This document shows, in pieces, positions 9,484 to 19,848 of a stretch of DNA of 57,407 bases. The first letter of the stretch is position 1. Each line of letters starts with the position of its first letter. The stretch comes from Thermoanaerobaculia bacterium (lineage in GTDB: Bacteria > Acidobacteriota > Thermoanaerobaculia > Gp7-AA8), in the NCBI GenBank assembly GCA_035525015.1, contig DATLFC010000126.1, positions 1 through 57,407 on the forward strand, given 5' to 3'. The notes below the pieces were generated by a model that had not been told where the DNA came from, did no database searches, and saw only the letters and a list, made by a program, of their open reading frames with translations. The position numbers were made by a program, and so were the translations under genes.

Positions 9484-10809
9484 ATGACCGGCCATCTCTT
9501 CGGCGAACCGCCCCCACCTCCAGACACCCCGCGTCCGGACTCTCCTCTGGCCGAGCGGTTGCGGCCTCGGAGTCTCGACGAGGTGGTCGGCCTCGAGGAG
9601 CTGCTGGCGCCGGGACGCTTCCTCCGCAACGCGATCGAATCGGACCGCATCCCGTCCATGATCTTCTGGGGCCCGCCCGGGTCGGGAAAAACGACGCTGG
9701 CGCGGATCATCGCAAAGACGACACAGGCCCGCTTCGTCCCCTTCTCCGCGACGAGCAGCTCCATCAAGGACATCAGGATGCTGATGGAGGAGGCGCGGAA
9801 GGGGCGGCAGGCGCGCGGATCGAAGACGATCGTCTTCATCGACGAGATCCACCGTTTCAACAAGGCGCAGCAGGACGCGTTTCTGCCGTACGTCGAGGCG
9901 GGGGACATCGTCCTTATCGGCGCGACGACCGAGAACCCATCCTTTGAAGTGAACTCGGCGCTGCTGTCGAGAACCAAGGTCGTGGTCATTCCACCGCTCG
10001 ACCGCGAGCAGGTGGTGACGATTCTCCGCCGCGCTCTCACCGAACCGGCGGTGCAGCAGCACGGCGTGGCGCTGACCGAAGCCGCCGTCGACTTCATCGC
10101 CGCCACGTCGGCGGGCGACGCGCGCCAGGCCCTCACCAGCCTGCAACTCGTCATCGAGACGGCACCCCCCGGCGGTGCCGCCATCGATGTCGAGGGGCTC
10201 CAGGCAATCCTCCAGCGGCGATCGCTGATGTACGACAAATCGGGCGACGAGCACTTCAACATCATCTCCGCCCTCCACAAGTCGATTCGAAACGGTGATG
10301 CCGACGCATCGGTCTACTGGCTCGTCCGGATGCTCGAAGGGGGAGAGGATCCCCTCTACATCACACGCCGGCTCGTCCGCGCCGCGTCGGAGGACGTCGG
10401 AAACGCCGATCCACAGGCACTCGTGCTGGCCGTCTCGGTCAAGGAGGCGGTGCACTTCATCGGAATGCCGGAGGCGGGAGTGGCGCTGGCGCAGCTCGTG
10501 GCGTATCTCGCCGCGGCGCCGAAGTCCAACGCCGCCTACGCCGGATACGGCGAAGCGGTCCGCGAGGTCCGTCAGGGCGACAACCCACCCGTCCCTCTTC
10601 CCATCCGCAATGCCCCGACCCGCCTCATGCAGGACCTGGGGTACGGCCGCGGCTACCAGTACGCCCACGACCACGAGGATCAGACCGCGGCCATGGACTG
10701 TCTTCCCGATTCGCTGCGCGGCCGGAGGTTTTATGAGCCGAAGGATGTGGGGGTTGAGGCGGAGATTCGGGAACGGCTGGAGCGGATGAGGAAGGCGCGA
10801 GATGGATAG
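9484..10809 (+). CDS. rarA: replication-associated recombination protein A (AAA+ ATPase)
   Basis: FWGPPGSGKTTLARIIA Walker A, IVFIDEIHRFNK Walker B, GATTENPSFEVNSALLSR, C-terminal MgsA domain (YDKSGDEHFNIISALHKSIRNGD). Confidence 0.9.
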   Translation: MTGHLFGEPPPPPDTPRPDSPLAERLRPRSLDEVVGLEELLAPGRFLRNAIESDRIPSMIFWGPPGSGKTTLARIIAKTTQARFVPFSATSSSIKDIRMLMEEARKGRQARGSKTIVFIDEIHRFNKAQQDAFLPYVEAGDIVLIGATTENPSFEVNSALLSRTKVVVIPPLDREQVVTILRRALTEPAVQQHGVALTEAAVDFIAATSAGDARQALTSLQLVIETAPPGGAAIDVEGLQAILQRRSLMYDKSGDEHFNIISALHKSIRNGDADASVYWLVRMLEGGEDPLYITRRLVRAASEDVGNADPQALVLAVSVKEAVHFIGMPEAGVALAQLVAYLAAAPKSNAAYAGYGEAVREVRQGDNPPVPLPIRNAPTRLMQDLGYGRGYQYAHDHEDQTAAMDCLPDSLRGRRFYEPKDVGVEAEIRERLERMRKARDG

Positions 10810-10817
10810 TTGTTCAG

Positions 10818-11204
10818 CTACCTCACCCCGACCATCACCACATCCTCACTCTCGTCCCCCCGGTGAATCCGAATGGCGAACCGCTCCTCCCCCGCCTCGA
10901 GGATGTCGGCCGGATAGCGGTACCCCTCTTCGATCACGGCCAGGCCGCCCGCCGCGAAGTGCCAGCGGCCGAGCCGGGGCGTTGTGGCGCCGGGCGGCGT
11001 GATGAGGAGTGTGTTGTCGGAGAGAAACACGTAGTAGGTGCCGACGGCGATGTCCTTCGCCTCGACGACGCGCCAGACGCGGTTCAGGAACGATGGTGGC
11101 TCGGGCCGGGGAGCCGGCGCACCGCGGCGGCCCCCGCCGAACATGCCGCAGCCGGCGACGAGAAGGAGCAGAAGCGCGGCGGCGGCAGGGCGGGACAGGG
11201 TCAT
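10818..11204 (-). CDS. small lipoprotein, function unknown
   Basis: Lipobox LLLLLVAGCG. ATGA overlap with the upstream thioesterase gene. Confidence 0.6.
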   Translation of the reverse strand: MTLSRPAAAALLLLLVAGCGMFGGGRRGAPAPRPEPPSFLNRVWRVVEAKDIAVGTYYVFLSDNTLLITPPGATTPRLGRWHFAAGGLAVIEEGYRYPADILEAGEERFAIRIHRGDESEDVVMVGVR

Positions 11205-11617
11205 GCGTCGTCGGCCGTATATGCGTTCGCGGTGCGCTCGATCGGCTTCGGGCGGCGATCCTCGCCGACGTTGACGTAGACGACCTGCGCTTCGGTCACG
11301 AGCACTTTCTTGTCGGGATCGACGCCGCGGATCGCCTCCACGACGACCTTCGTCGTGATCGAGGTCGTGCCGATGCGGATCGTCTCGGTCCAGAAGCTGA
11401 CCAGGTCGCCGACGAAGACCGGCTCGTGAAAGACGACCTTGTCGAGGGAGACGGTGAGCATGAAGCGCAGACCCTGCCGCCGCGCTTCGATCGCGCCGGC
11501 CTGGTCGATGTAGGAGAGGATGACGCCCCCGAAGATCGTGCCGTGCGCATTCGTGTCACGCGGCATCATGAGCACGCGGATGGCGGGCTCGTTCCATCTT
11601 TCAGCGGCCTTCGTCAC
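11201..11617 (-). CDS. acyl-CoA thioesterase (hotdog fold, YciA-like)
   Basis: MPRDTNAHGTIFGGVILSYIDQAG...DKVVFHEPVFVGDLVSF. GTGA overlap with the ppiD stop. Confidence 0.8.
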   Translation of the reverse strand: MTKAAERWNEPAIRVLMMPRDTNAHGTIFGGVILSYIDQAGAIEARRQGLRFMLTVSLDKVVFHEPVFVGDLVSFWTETIRIGTTSITTKVVVEAIRGVDPDKKVLVTEAQVVYVNVGEDRRPKPIERTANAYTADDA

Positions 11618-13566
11618 GCCGCCGGCTGACCCGAAGCCGCGTTGAGCACCTGCTGGTTGATCTCGATCGCGGCGCCCTTGCGCAGACGCTCGATGAGAAC
11701 GGTGCGCAGGCTGCGTGCCTGCTGCATCCGGAGCGCGTCCATGTATTGCGCGGTGTTCTCCTTGAGCTCTTCCGGCGTGACGCGGGTCTGCTCGGTGACC
11801 TGGAAGACGACGGCGCCATCGGCGACCGCCACCGGGCCGGCAAGCTGCCCCTCCTGGGCGGCCATGGCCGCTTTCACCAGTTCCTGCGTGTCACCGGTGA
11901 AGCCGCCGATCTGCCCCTGCCGCGAGACCTGCGTTTCCGAGGCGGTCAGACCGACCTTCAGCGCCACCGCATCGACGCTCGCCGCGCCGGCCACCGCATT
12001 GCGAAGATTGTTCGCCGCGATCTCACGAGCCTTCGCGGCGCGCGCGTCGTTCTCCACGCGCTGCCGGATCTCGGCCAGCGGCGTGATACCCGCCGGACGG
12101 ACGCCCGACAGATAAGGAATGACGATGCCGCGCGCCGTCCCGAACGGCTCGCCGACGTCGCCCTGCTTCGCCGAGAAGACCCACGTGGAAAGCTGGGCAT
12201 TGTTGCCGATGCCCGGGATGGACTCGGAGCGCTGGAACCACTGCGTGTCGTTCGAGCTGACCTTATCGTTGGCGAGCGCCGCAAACTCGTCGGGCGTGGC
12301 CGGCTTGCGGTTGCGGATCACCGACATGATCCGGTTGATCTCCTCCCGCGCCTGTTCCTTCGCCAGGTCTTCGGTCGCCTGCGAGATGAGCATCGGCCGC
12401 ACTTCCTCGAACGAACGTGTGGCCGGGGGACGCCGCTCGCTGACGCGGATGATATGAAACCCGTACTCCTGCGAGCGGATGGGATCGCTGATCTCGTTCA
12501 GTGCGATCGAGAACGCTGCCCGGTCGAACGGCTCCACGGTCTGTCCGCGCTCGACCCACCCCATGTCGCCGCCCGCGCTGGACGAGGACGGATCGCCGGA
12601 GTGCTGCCGCGCCAGCGCCGCGAAGTCGGCGCCGCGACGGAGCTGCGCCACCAGCGATTCGGCTCTCGCCTTCGCCGCCGCTTCCACTTCCGCGGATGCC
12701 GTCGGATCGACCTTGATCAGGATGTGCTGGATGCGGGCCGCTTCGCCGGAACGGTATTGATCCCGGTTTGCCTCGTAGCGGCGCCGCAGCTCGGCGTCGT
12801 CCGGCTGGATCTGCGAACGGAGCCGGGTGAAATCGGCCACGAGGTATTTCATCGCGCGCTGCTCGCCGTGCGCGTAGCTGGCCTGGCTGGTCCTGTAGTA
12901 CGCCTCCACATCGGCCGGCGTGACGCTGACGTTGGCAGCCTCACGGCTCGTCGGGTAGAGCACGTACCGGATCTTCGCCGTCTCGTTCATTCGCCGGTAT
13001 TCCGCCTCGGCCGCCTTCGGCGAGATGATGATCGAGCTCTGCAGTGCGCTCTCCATCTTCGAGGTGGTGATGTCGCGCCGCAACTCGTCCTCGAACTCCG
13101 CCGGCGTCTGATAGCCCAGCTGCCCGGTCACATACCGCGTATACAGCTCGGTTCCGACGAACTTTCCGTCGGGATTCAGCACCGGAATCTGCAGGATGCG
13201 GTTTCGCACTTCTTCCGGCGTCGCCTCCAGGCTCAGACGGCGAGCCTCCTGGATCATCAGGCGCTGATCGATCAGGGAGTCGAGAACCTGCTTCTCGATC
13301 CCGAGGCTGCGAAGCATGTCGGGAGAGAACTGCCCGCCGTACATCTGCCGGTACTGCTGCTCGGTGTAGTAGACCGCGCGGTCGAAGTCACGGTAGCTGA
13401 TCGTTTCGCCGTTCACCCGCGCCGCGAAGGCGCGCTCGTCGCCGATGGCCGCCCCCGCCCCCCCCATCCCGGTGTCGATGAAGACGAACCCGACGATGAC
13501 GGCGCCGACGATGGCGATGAGAACCCACTTCAACCTGTTGAATACGGAGCGGAGTGCGCTGAGCAT
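11614..13566 (-). CDS. ppiD: periplasmic chaperone / peptidyl-prolyl isomerase PpiD-like
   Basis: N-terminal membrane anchor WVLIAIVGAVIVGFVF, SurA-N-like region, parvulin domain HILIKV...GGDMGWVERGQTVEPFDRAAF...YGFHIIRV. Confidence 0.8.
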   Translation of the reverse strand: MLSALRSVFNRLKWVLIAIVGAVIVGFVFIDTGMGGAGAAIGDERAFAARVNGETISYRDFDRAVYYTEQQYRQMYGGQFSPDMLRSLGIEKQVLDSLIDQRLMIQEARRLSLEATPEEVRNRILQIPVLNPDGKFVGTELYTRYVTGQLGYQTPAEFEDELRRDITTSKMESALQSSIIISPKAAEAEYRRMNETAKIRYVLYPTSREAANVSVTPADVEAYYRTSQASYAHGEQRAMKYLVADFTRLRSQIQPDDAELRRRYEANRDQYRSGEAARIQHILIKVDPTASAEVEAAAKARAESLVAQLRRGADFAALARQHSGDPSSSSAGGDMGWVERGQTVEPFDRAAFSIALNEISDPIRSQEYGFHIIRVSERRPPATRSFEEVRPMLISQATEDLAKEQAREEINRIMSVIRNRKPATPDEFAALANDKVSSNDTQWFQRSESIPGIGNNAQLSTWVFSAKQGDVGEPFGTARGIVIPYLSGVRPAGITPLAEIRQRVENDARAAKAREIAANNLRNAVAGAASVDAVALKVGLTASETQVSRQGQIGGFTGDTQELVKAAMAAQEGQLAGPVAVADGAVVFQVTEQTRVTPEELKENTAQYMDALRMQQARSLRTVLIERLRKGAAIEINQQVLNAASGQPAA

Positions 13567-13677
13567 GGAAAACTACCTTTCAGGCGAGATCAAGGCTGAG
13601 AAAGAACGGCGCAGTCTACCTATTCCCCTATCGGCTGTCAGCTCTGGCCCGTTATGCTATAAATCTTCGGGGTCCGA

Positions 13678-15114
13678 TTGGCCAAACGGAAAAGCAAAGC
13701 TCTCGCAAGTGCCGAGATCGACTGGTATCTGATCTCGATCGACCGGCTCAAGCAGATCGGACTGGTCATCGTCCTTCTCCTGCTCGCCGGGGCCGGCTAC
13801 TGGAACTGGGAGCGCTCGAAGGGGAACCCCCGCAGCAACGCCGAGTCGGCCATCGCCGACGCCCGGCAGGCCCTCAACGCTCTCGCCGCCTCGAAGGACT
13901 TCAACCTTCACCGGAGCCAGTTCGACCGGGCTCAGCGGAAGCTAGAGGAAGCCAATACGCTTTTCGGCAGCGCCAGCTATCTCGAGGCGCAGAGTTCTGC
14001 GGTCGAGTCGCAGACCATCAGCCGCGCGGCGATCAGCGGCGCCGGACCGGCCGAAAACGACGCCCAGTTCCTCACCGTCGAGGGCGACGTCCAGTTTCAG
14101 AAGGGCTCCGCCGGCGACTGGCGTAGGGCCGAAGTGCGGACGCCGCTGTTCAATGGGGACTGGGTGAAGACGGGCGCTCGAGCCTCTGCCGAGCTGATCT
14201 TCTCCAATGGCTCGCTCTACACCGTCGGCTCCGACGCCCTCCTCGAAATCTACGCCGCCATCAATCCCGCCACGGCACGGAAGACCAACGCCGTGCAGAT
14301 GCAGATCGGGTCGGTCGAAGTGGCCACCACCGACGACAGCTCGACCGTCCGGACGCCCGGCAGCCAGGTGGTCGTCGAATCGGAGTCGACCACGCACGTC
14401 GGCGTCGACCGCGGGAAGACGACCTCGGTCGTCGCCACGAAGGGGGCGGCCTCCGTCACGTCGACCGCCGGCGGGGAGGCGATCCGCCTCGCCTCGGGGG
14501 AGAAAGTCACCTCCACGCCGGCCGGCGAGATCTCCCCGGTCAAGAAGCTGATCCCTCCTCCGGCGCTTCTCTCCCCCTCGGACAACCAGACCTACCAGAT
14601 GGCACCGAACCTCCGGGTGGTCCTCACCTGGGATACGCGGCCGGGCGCGGCCGGATACATCCTCCAGGTCTCCCGCTCCCGGCTCTTCTCGACGCTGGAG
14701 ATCAACTCCCGCCGGCGGAAGAACACCGCCTCGACGAGTGTCACCTCGGAGGGGGCGTTCTACTGGCGGGTGGCCTCGATCGGTCCTGACGGGGACATCG
14801 GGCCGTTCTCGTCGTTCCGGCGGTTCCGCGTCAGCGGCGGGACGAAGGGGGCAGGGGCGAACGACACCACGCCTCCCCCGCTGCAGTTGAACAAGCCGAT
14901 CTCGATCGGCGGCCCGTTCTACATGGTGGAGGGGCGCACCGAGCAGGGAGCCACGGTCTTCATCAACGACGACGAGGTCGCGGTCAGCGAGGATGGGACG
15001 TTCAAGAAGCTGATCTCCTTCAACCGGACCGGCCAGAACGCGGTGGTGGTGAAAGCGATCGATCCGGCGGGCAATCAGACTGTAAAATCCGAAGCTGTCT
15101 TCGTGGAAGACTGA
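13678..15114 (+). CDS. membrane-anchored FecR-domain protein with Ig-like C-terminal repeats
   Basis: TM segment IGLVIVLLLLAGAGYW. FecR-like segment GDWVKTGARASAELIFSNGSLYTVGSDALLEI. TTG start. Confidence 0.6.
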   Translation: MAKRKSKALASAEIDWYLISIDRLKQIGLVIVLLLLAGAGYWNWERSKGNPRSNAESAIADARQALNALAASKDFNLHRSQFDRAQRKLEEANTLFGSASYLEAQSSAVESQTISRAAISGAGPAENDAQFLTVEGDVQFQKGSAGDWRRAEVRTPLFNGDWVKTGARASAELIFSNGSLYTVGSDALLEIYAAINPATARKTNAVQMQIGSVEVATTDDSSTVRTPGSQVVVESESTTHVGVDRGKTTSVVATKGAASVTSTAGGEAIRLASGEKVTSTPAGEISPVKKLIPPPALLSPSDNQTYQMAPNLRVVLTWDTRPGAAGYILQVSRSRLFSTLEINSRRRKNTASTSVTSEGAFYWRVASIGPDGDIGPFSSFRRFRVSGGTKGAGANDTTPPPLQLNKPISIGGPFYMVEGRTEQGATVFINDDEVAVSEDGTFKKLISFNRTGQNAVVVKAIDPAGNQTVKSEAVFVED

Positions 15115-15140
15115 TGCAGTTGCAGTTCATCCCGCAGTTC

Positions 15141-15317
15141 ATCCCGAGCGCTTAGCGAGGGATCATTCCAGCCATAGCCGAAGCTCGTCTCGCGCAGCGC
15201 CGAAAAGCGTCTCGGAATCTCGGGATGATTCTCCGCGAGAGCCCGAGACGTTTCCTGGCGCTTCGCGGGGTCTTCCCCGGCTATGGCTGGACTGATCCCT
15301 CGCTAAGCGCTCGGGAT
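15141..15317. repeat. 177-bp rod-like inverted-repeat element (MITE-like); 40-bp terminal arms contain a diverged REP-like unit
   Basis: 15141-15180 ATCCCGAGCGCTTAGCGAGGGATCATTCCAGCCATAGCCG is the reverse complement of 15278-15317 with 1 mismatch. The interior is also self-complementary (AAGCGTCTCGG 15206-15216 pairs with CCGAGACGTTT 15243-15253). No ORF with coding character. Confidence 0.9.
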
Positions 15318-15380
15318 AGACTGAGCCCCAGGGGCAGACGTTTTGCACCGCGAACTCCGGCTGCGGACCTTCATCATTAG

Positions 15381-16420
<1,040 letters not shown>

Positions 16421-16421
<1 letters not shown>

Positions 16422-16499
16422 GGCTCAGGGCTCAGGGCTCAGGGCTCAGGGCTCGGATGAACGGATCTGAGCCCTGAGCCCTGAGCCCCGAGCCCCGAG
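16421..16499. repeat. inverted heptamer-array hairpin: (GGGCTCA)x4+GGGCTCG / (CTGAGCC)x3+(CCGAGCC)+CCGAG
   Basis: Read directly from the sequence; 11-nt loop ATGAACGGATC. Starts at the last base of the mreB stop codon. Confidence 0.95.
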
Positions 16500-16536
16500 A
16501 ACTGGTGCGAAATCTGCTGAGGCGCTGGAGTCAGTA

Positions 16537-17391
16537 ATGGCCGCCGAAGTCATCCCCCGCCGCCCGACGCTTCTCTTCATCGTCGTGCTGTCGCTGCTGT
16601 TCGTTCTCATGAGTCTCAGCAGCCGGACGAGGTACATCGGGGAGACGCGGACGCTCTTCGAGCGCACCGTGATGACCATCTTCTCCCCGGTGCCGAAGAC
16701 GGTGAACTGGATCGGGGGGAGCGCGGAGGACATGTATCACGGTTATCTGGATATGCGCCGCGCGGTCGGCGAGAACCTGCAGCTGCGGCGGAAAGTGGCC
16801 TCGCTGACGACCGAAAATGTGAAGCTGCGGCAGACCGACAGCGACCTGCGGCGGCTGCGGAACCTGCTCCACTATTCCGAGCAGTTCGACATGCAGACGT
16901 CGCTGGCGCACGCGATCATGATCGACACCTCCGGCCGCTTCAAAGCGCTGATCATCGACCGCGGGGCCCGTGACGGCGTCGAGATCAACGACGCCATCGT
17001 CAACGCCAACGGTCTCATCGGACGGGTGGTGCTCACGACCAACGACATGTCCAAGGTGCAGATCCTCACCGACAACAACTCGGCGATCGGTGCGCTCGTC
17101 GAGCGGACACGGCGCCAGGGCATCATCCGCGGCGACGGCACCTCGATGGTCGAGATGCACGACATCCCGACGCTGGCCGACGTGAAAGAGGGCGACCGCC
17201 TCCTCACCGCCGGGATCGACGGCATCTATCCGAAAGGGATCCCGATCGGCATCGTCACCCGCGCCGAGCAGGGACCGCATCTCTTCAAGAACATCGACGT
17301 GAGGCCGCTTGTCGACTTCGGCAAGATCGAGGAGGTCATCGTCATCCACACACGAAAGATCCCGCCCGAGGTCGTGAGGTACGCGCCTTGA
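16537..17391 (+). CDS. mreC: rod shape-determining protein MreC
   Basis: N-terminal TM segment, coiled coil ENLQLRRKVASLTTENVKLRQ, beta-barrel domain INDAIVNANGLIGRV; position after mreB. Confidence 0.9.
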   Translation: MAAEVIPRRPTLLFIVVLSLLFVLMSLSSRTRYIGETRTLFERTVMTIFSPVPKTVNWIGGSAEDMYHGYLDMRRAVGENLQLRRKVASLTTENVKLRQTDSDLRRLRNLLHYSEQFDMQTSLAHAIMIDTSGRFKALIIDRGARDGVEINDAIVNANGLIGRVVLTTNDMSKVQILTDNNSAIGALVERTRRQGIIRGDGTSMVEMHDIPTLADVKEGDRLLTAGIDGIYPKGIPIGIVTRAEQGPHLFKNIDVRPLVDFGKIEEVIVIHTRKIPPEVVRYAP

Positions 17392-17894
17392 GGTGGCTCC
17401 GGTTCCTCGTCGGACTGCTGCTGGCCCTGACGCTGCACACGCTCCTGGACAGCTTCTTCCCGAACGCGCTGGCTTTTTTCGATCCCTACATCATCCTCGT
17501 CGTCTACTACTCGATGGGGGGGAACGTGCTGGGGGCCATCGTCGCCGGCGTCATGGCCGGGCTGGTCCAGGATGCTTTTTCGGGAGCAATCTTCGGCCTC
17601 CATGCGTTCTCATTGACCGTGTGCGCCTATATCGTGGCGTACATCAACTCCCGCCTGGTGCTTCGCGGCACTCTGGCTTTCGGCGCGAACCTGGGCGGCG
17701 CGGTGATCGTGAACGAGCTCGTGATCTACATCCTGGTGAACATCCTCCTGCGCCAGCGCATCGAGATGTTCGAACAGGGTGTCATCGTGAAGATGGTGTT
17801 CACGACGCTCTTTGGAATGCTCGTTTATCAGCTTCTGGCCCTCTTCTTCCGCGAGGAGCCCATCGAGGCGACGAAACGGGCCACGGGGTGGTGA
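17388..17894 (+). CDS. mreD: rod shape-determining protein MreD
   Basis: Polytopic hydrophobic 168-aa protein. Its start overlaps the mreC stop. Position between mreC and mrdA. Confidence 0.85.
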   Translation: MRWLRFLVGLLLALTLHTLLDSFFPNALAFFDPYIILVVYYSMGGNVLGAIVAGVMAGLVQDAFSGAIFGLHAFSLTVCAYIVAYINSRLVLRGTLAFGANLGGAVIVNELVIYILVNILLRQRIEMFEQGVIVKMVFTTLFGMLVYQLLALFFREEPIEATKRATGW

Positions 17895-17895
17895 C

Positions 17896-19848
17896 ATGCG
17901 CGTATACAGAGACGATCAGAAGTTCCTGCAATTCCGAATCAACGCCCTGATGTGGGGTATCGCGGCCGTGTTCGTCTTCCTGGCCGGCTCGTTCTGGTTC
18001 GTGCAGGGAGTGCACGCGGACAAGTACCGCGGCCTGGCCGAGGCGAATTCGCTGCGGGAGCTCAAGGTTCCCGCCAAGCGCGGCCTCATCATGGACCGCA
18101 ACGGGAAGATCCTCGCCGACAACCAGGCAGCGTACGCGCTCGTCCTCGATCGCGTCGTCATGCGGCCGATCGTCAAACGCGACCCGCAGCGGCGCCAGAA
18201 GGTCGTAACCTTCGTCTCCGGAGTCCTCGGCGTCCCGCCGCAGGAGATCGAAGCGCGGTTCGAGAGAGGGAAGACCATCCACGTCTCCCGGCCCCTGCCG
18301 CTGGCCGAAGACCTGACCATGCAGCAGATGGCGGTCATCGAATCGCAAGCCATCCTCTTCCCCGAGCTCAACGTCACGCCCGTACAGCGCCGGAACTATG
18401 CGAACGGCACGATGGCCGCGCACGTGATGGGCTTCATCGGCGAGGTCAACGACAGGGACCTGGCACAGTTCCGCGACCTGCAACAGGGGGATCTCATCGG
18501 CAAACGCGGTGTCGAGCTGATGTACGACAATTACCTGCGCGGCAAGGACGGGGCGGAGTACTGGGAGTACGACAGCCACGGGCGGCGCCTCAAGGAATAC
18601 GAGCCGGCCCGGAAGATCCCGGTGGCCGGCGACAACGTCTATCTGACGATCGACTTCGAGCTGCAGCGTCGTGCCGAGCAGTACTTCCTCGAAAATGAGA
18701 TGGTCGGCGCCACGGTGGTTCTCGATCCCAGGAATGGCGAGGTCCTGGCCATGGCCTCCTCGCCGGCGTACGACCCGAACGTCTACTCGAAGCGGTTCAC
18801 GCCGGAGGTCTACAAGATCATCCTCTCCAATCCGTTCAAGCTCGAGGTGAACCGGGCCATCCAGGGGCTCTACTCGCCCGGGTCGATATTCAAGAACGTG
18901 ATGGCCATGGCCGGCCTCTCGGACGGCGCAATCAATCCGTCGACGACGTTTACGTGCGGAGGCAGCGGCACGTTCTTCGGCCGCCGGTTCCGCTGCTGGA
19001 AACGCGAAGGCCACGGCGTCGTGAACCTCGACCGTGCCCTCAAGATCTCCTGCGACATTTTCTTTTACAACACAGGCGCCCGCCTCGGCGTCGACAAGAT
19101 CAAACATTACTCCGAGCAGCTCACGTTCGGAAAGATCTCCAAGATCGACCTCGACGGGGAGAAGGCCGGCCTCATCCCCTCCACGGAGTGGCGAGCCAAA
19201 AACCCTGTCCGCGGCGATCCGAAATGGTACCCGAGCGAGACGATCTCCGTTTCCATCGGTCAGGGGCCGCTGCTGGTCACGCCGCTGCAGACCGCCAACA
19301 TGATGGCCGCGATCGCCAACGGCGGAAAGGTCTTCCGGCCGCACGTGGTGCGCGTGATCGAACGGATCGGCCCGGACGGCAAAGCGCAGCGGTTGCGCGT
19401 GGCCGACGAGGTCCTCGACGAGGTGGCCCTCTCGCCCGATGCTCTCGCCGCGGTGCGGCGCGGTCTCTGGAAAGTGGTCAATGAGCCGGGAGGGACGGGG
19501 GCCAACGCGCGCGTCGAGGGCCTGGGGATCTCCGGGAAGACCGGAACGGTGCAGGTCATCCGCCAGATCGGCTGGGTGAAATCGGCCAGCCTCCCGTTCA
19601 AGCACAAGGACCACGCCTGGTTCGTGGCGTACGGCCCCAGCAACCCCGGGCAGACGCCGTCGATGGTGGTGGTGGTCTTCGTCGAGCATGGCGGGGGCGG
19701 CGGCAGTGACGCCGCGCCGCTGGCCAAACTGCTCTTCGAGTCGCGCTTTCGCGACAAGGTTCTGAGCGCACGGCTCGATCTCGACAACCCCGAAACGCTG
19801 GAACAGATCCGGGAAGGCGATCTGCCGCTCCCATCGCGGGCACAATGA
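17896..19848 (+). CDS. mrdA: penicillin-binding protein 2 (elongasome transpeptidase)
   Basis: Start set at ATG 17896 (MRVYRDDQKF...); the track ORF from 17812 overlaps mreD. SPGSIFK (SxxK) motif, SIGQG, KTGT. Confidence 0.9.
   Translation: MRVYRDDQKFLQFRINALMWGIAAVFVFLAGSFWFVQGVHADKYRGLAEANSLRELKVPAKRGLIMDRNGKILADNQAAYALVLDRVVMRPIVKRDPQRRQKVVTFVSGVLGVPPQEIEARFERGKTIHVSRPLPLAEDLTMQQMAVIESQAILFPELNVTPVQRRNYANGTMAAHVMGFIGEVNDRDLAQFRDLQQGDLIGKRGVELMYDNYLRGKDGAEYWEYDSHGRRLKEYEPARKIPVAGDNVYLTIDFELQRRAEQYFLENEMVGATVVLDPRNGEVLAMASSPAYDPNVYSKRFTPEVYKIILSNPFKLEVNRAIQGLYSPGSIFKNVMAMAGLSDGAINPSTTFTCGGSGTFFGRRFRCWKREGHGVVNLDRALKISCDIFFYNTGARLGVDKIKHYSEQLTFGKISKIDLDGEKAGLIPSTEWRAKNPVRGDPKWYPSETISVSIGQGPLLVTPLQTANMMAAIANGGKVFRPHVVRVIERIGPDGKAQRLRVADEVLDEVALSPDALAAVRRGLWKVVNEPGGTGANARVEGLGISGKTGTVQVIRQIGWVKSASLPFKHKDHAWFVAYGPSNPGQTPSMVVVVFVEHGGGGGSDAAPLAKLLFESRFRDKVLSARLDLDNPETLEQIREGDLPLPSRAQ

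Noticed and set aside
17800-19845. 681-aa minus-strand ORF
   Set aside because: Antisense to mrdA (PBP2), which has clear SxxK/KTG motifs. Artefact.
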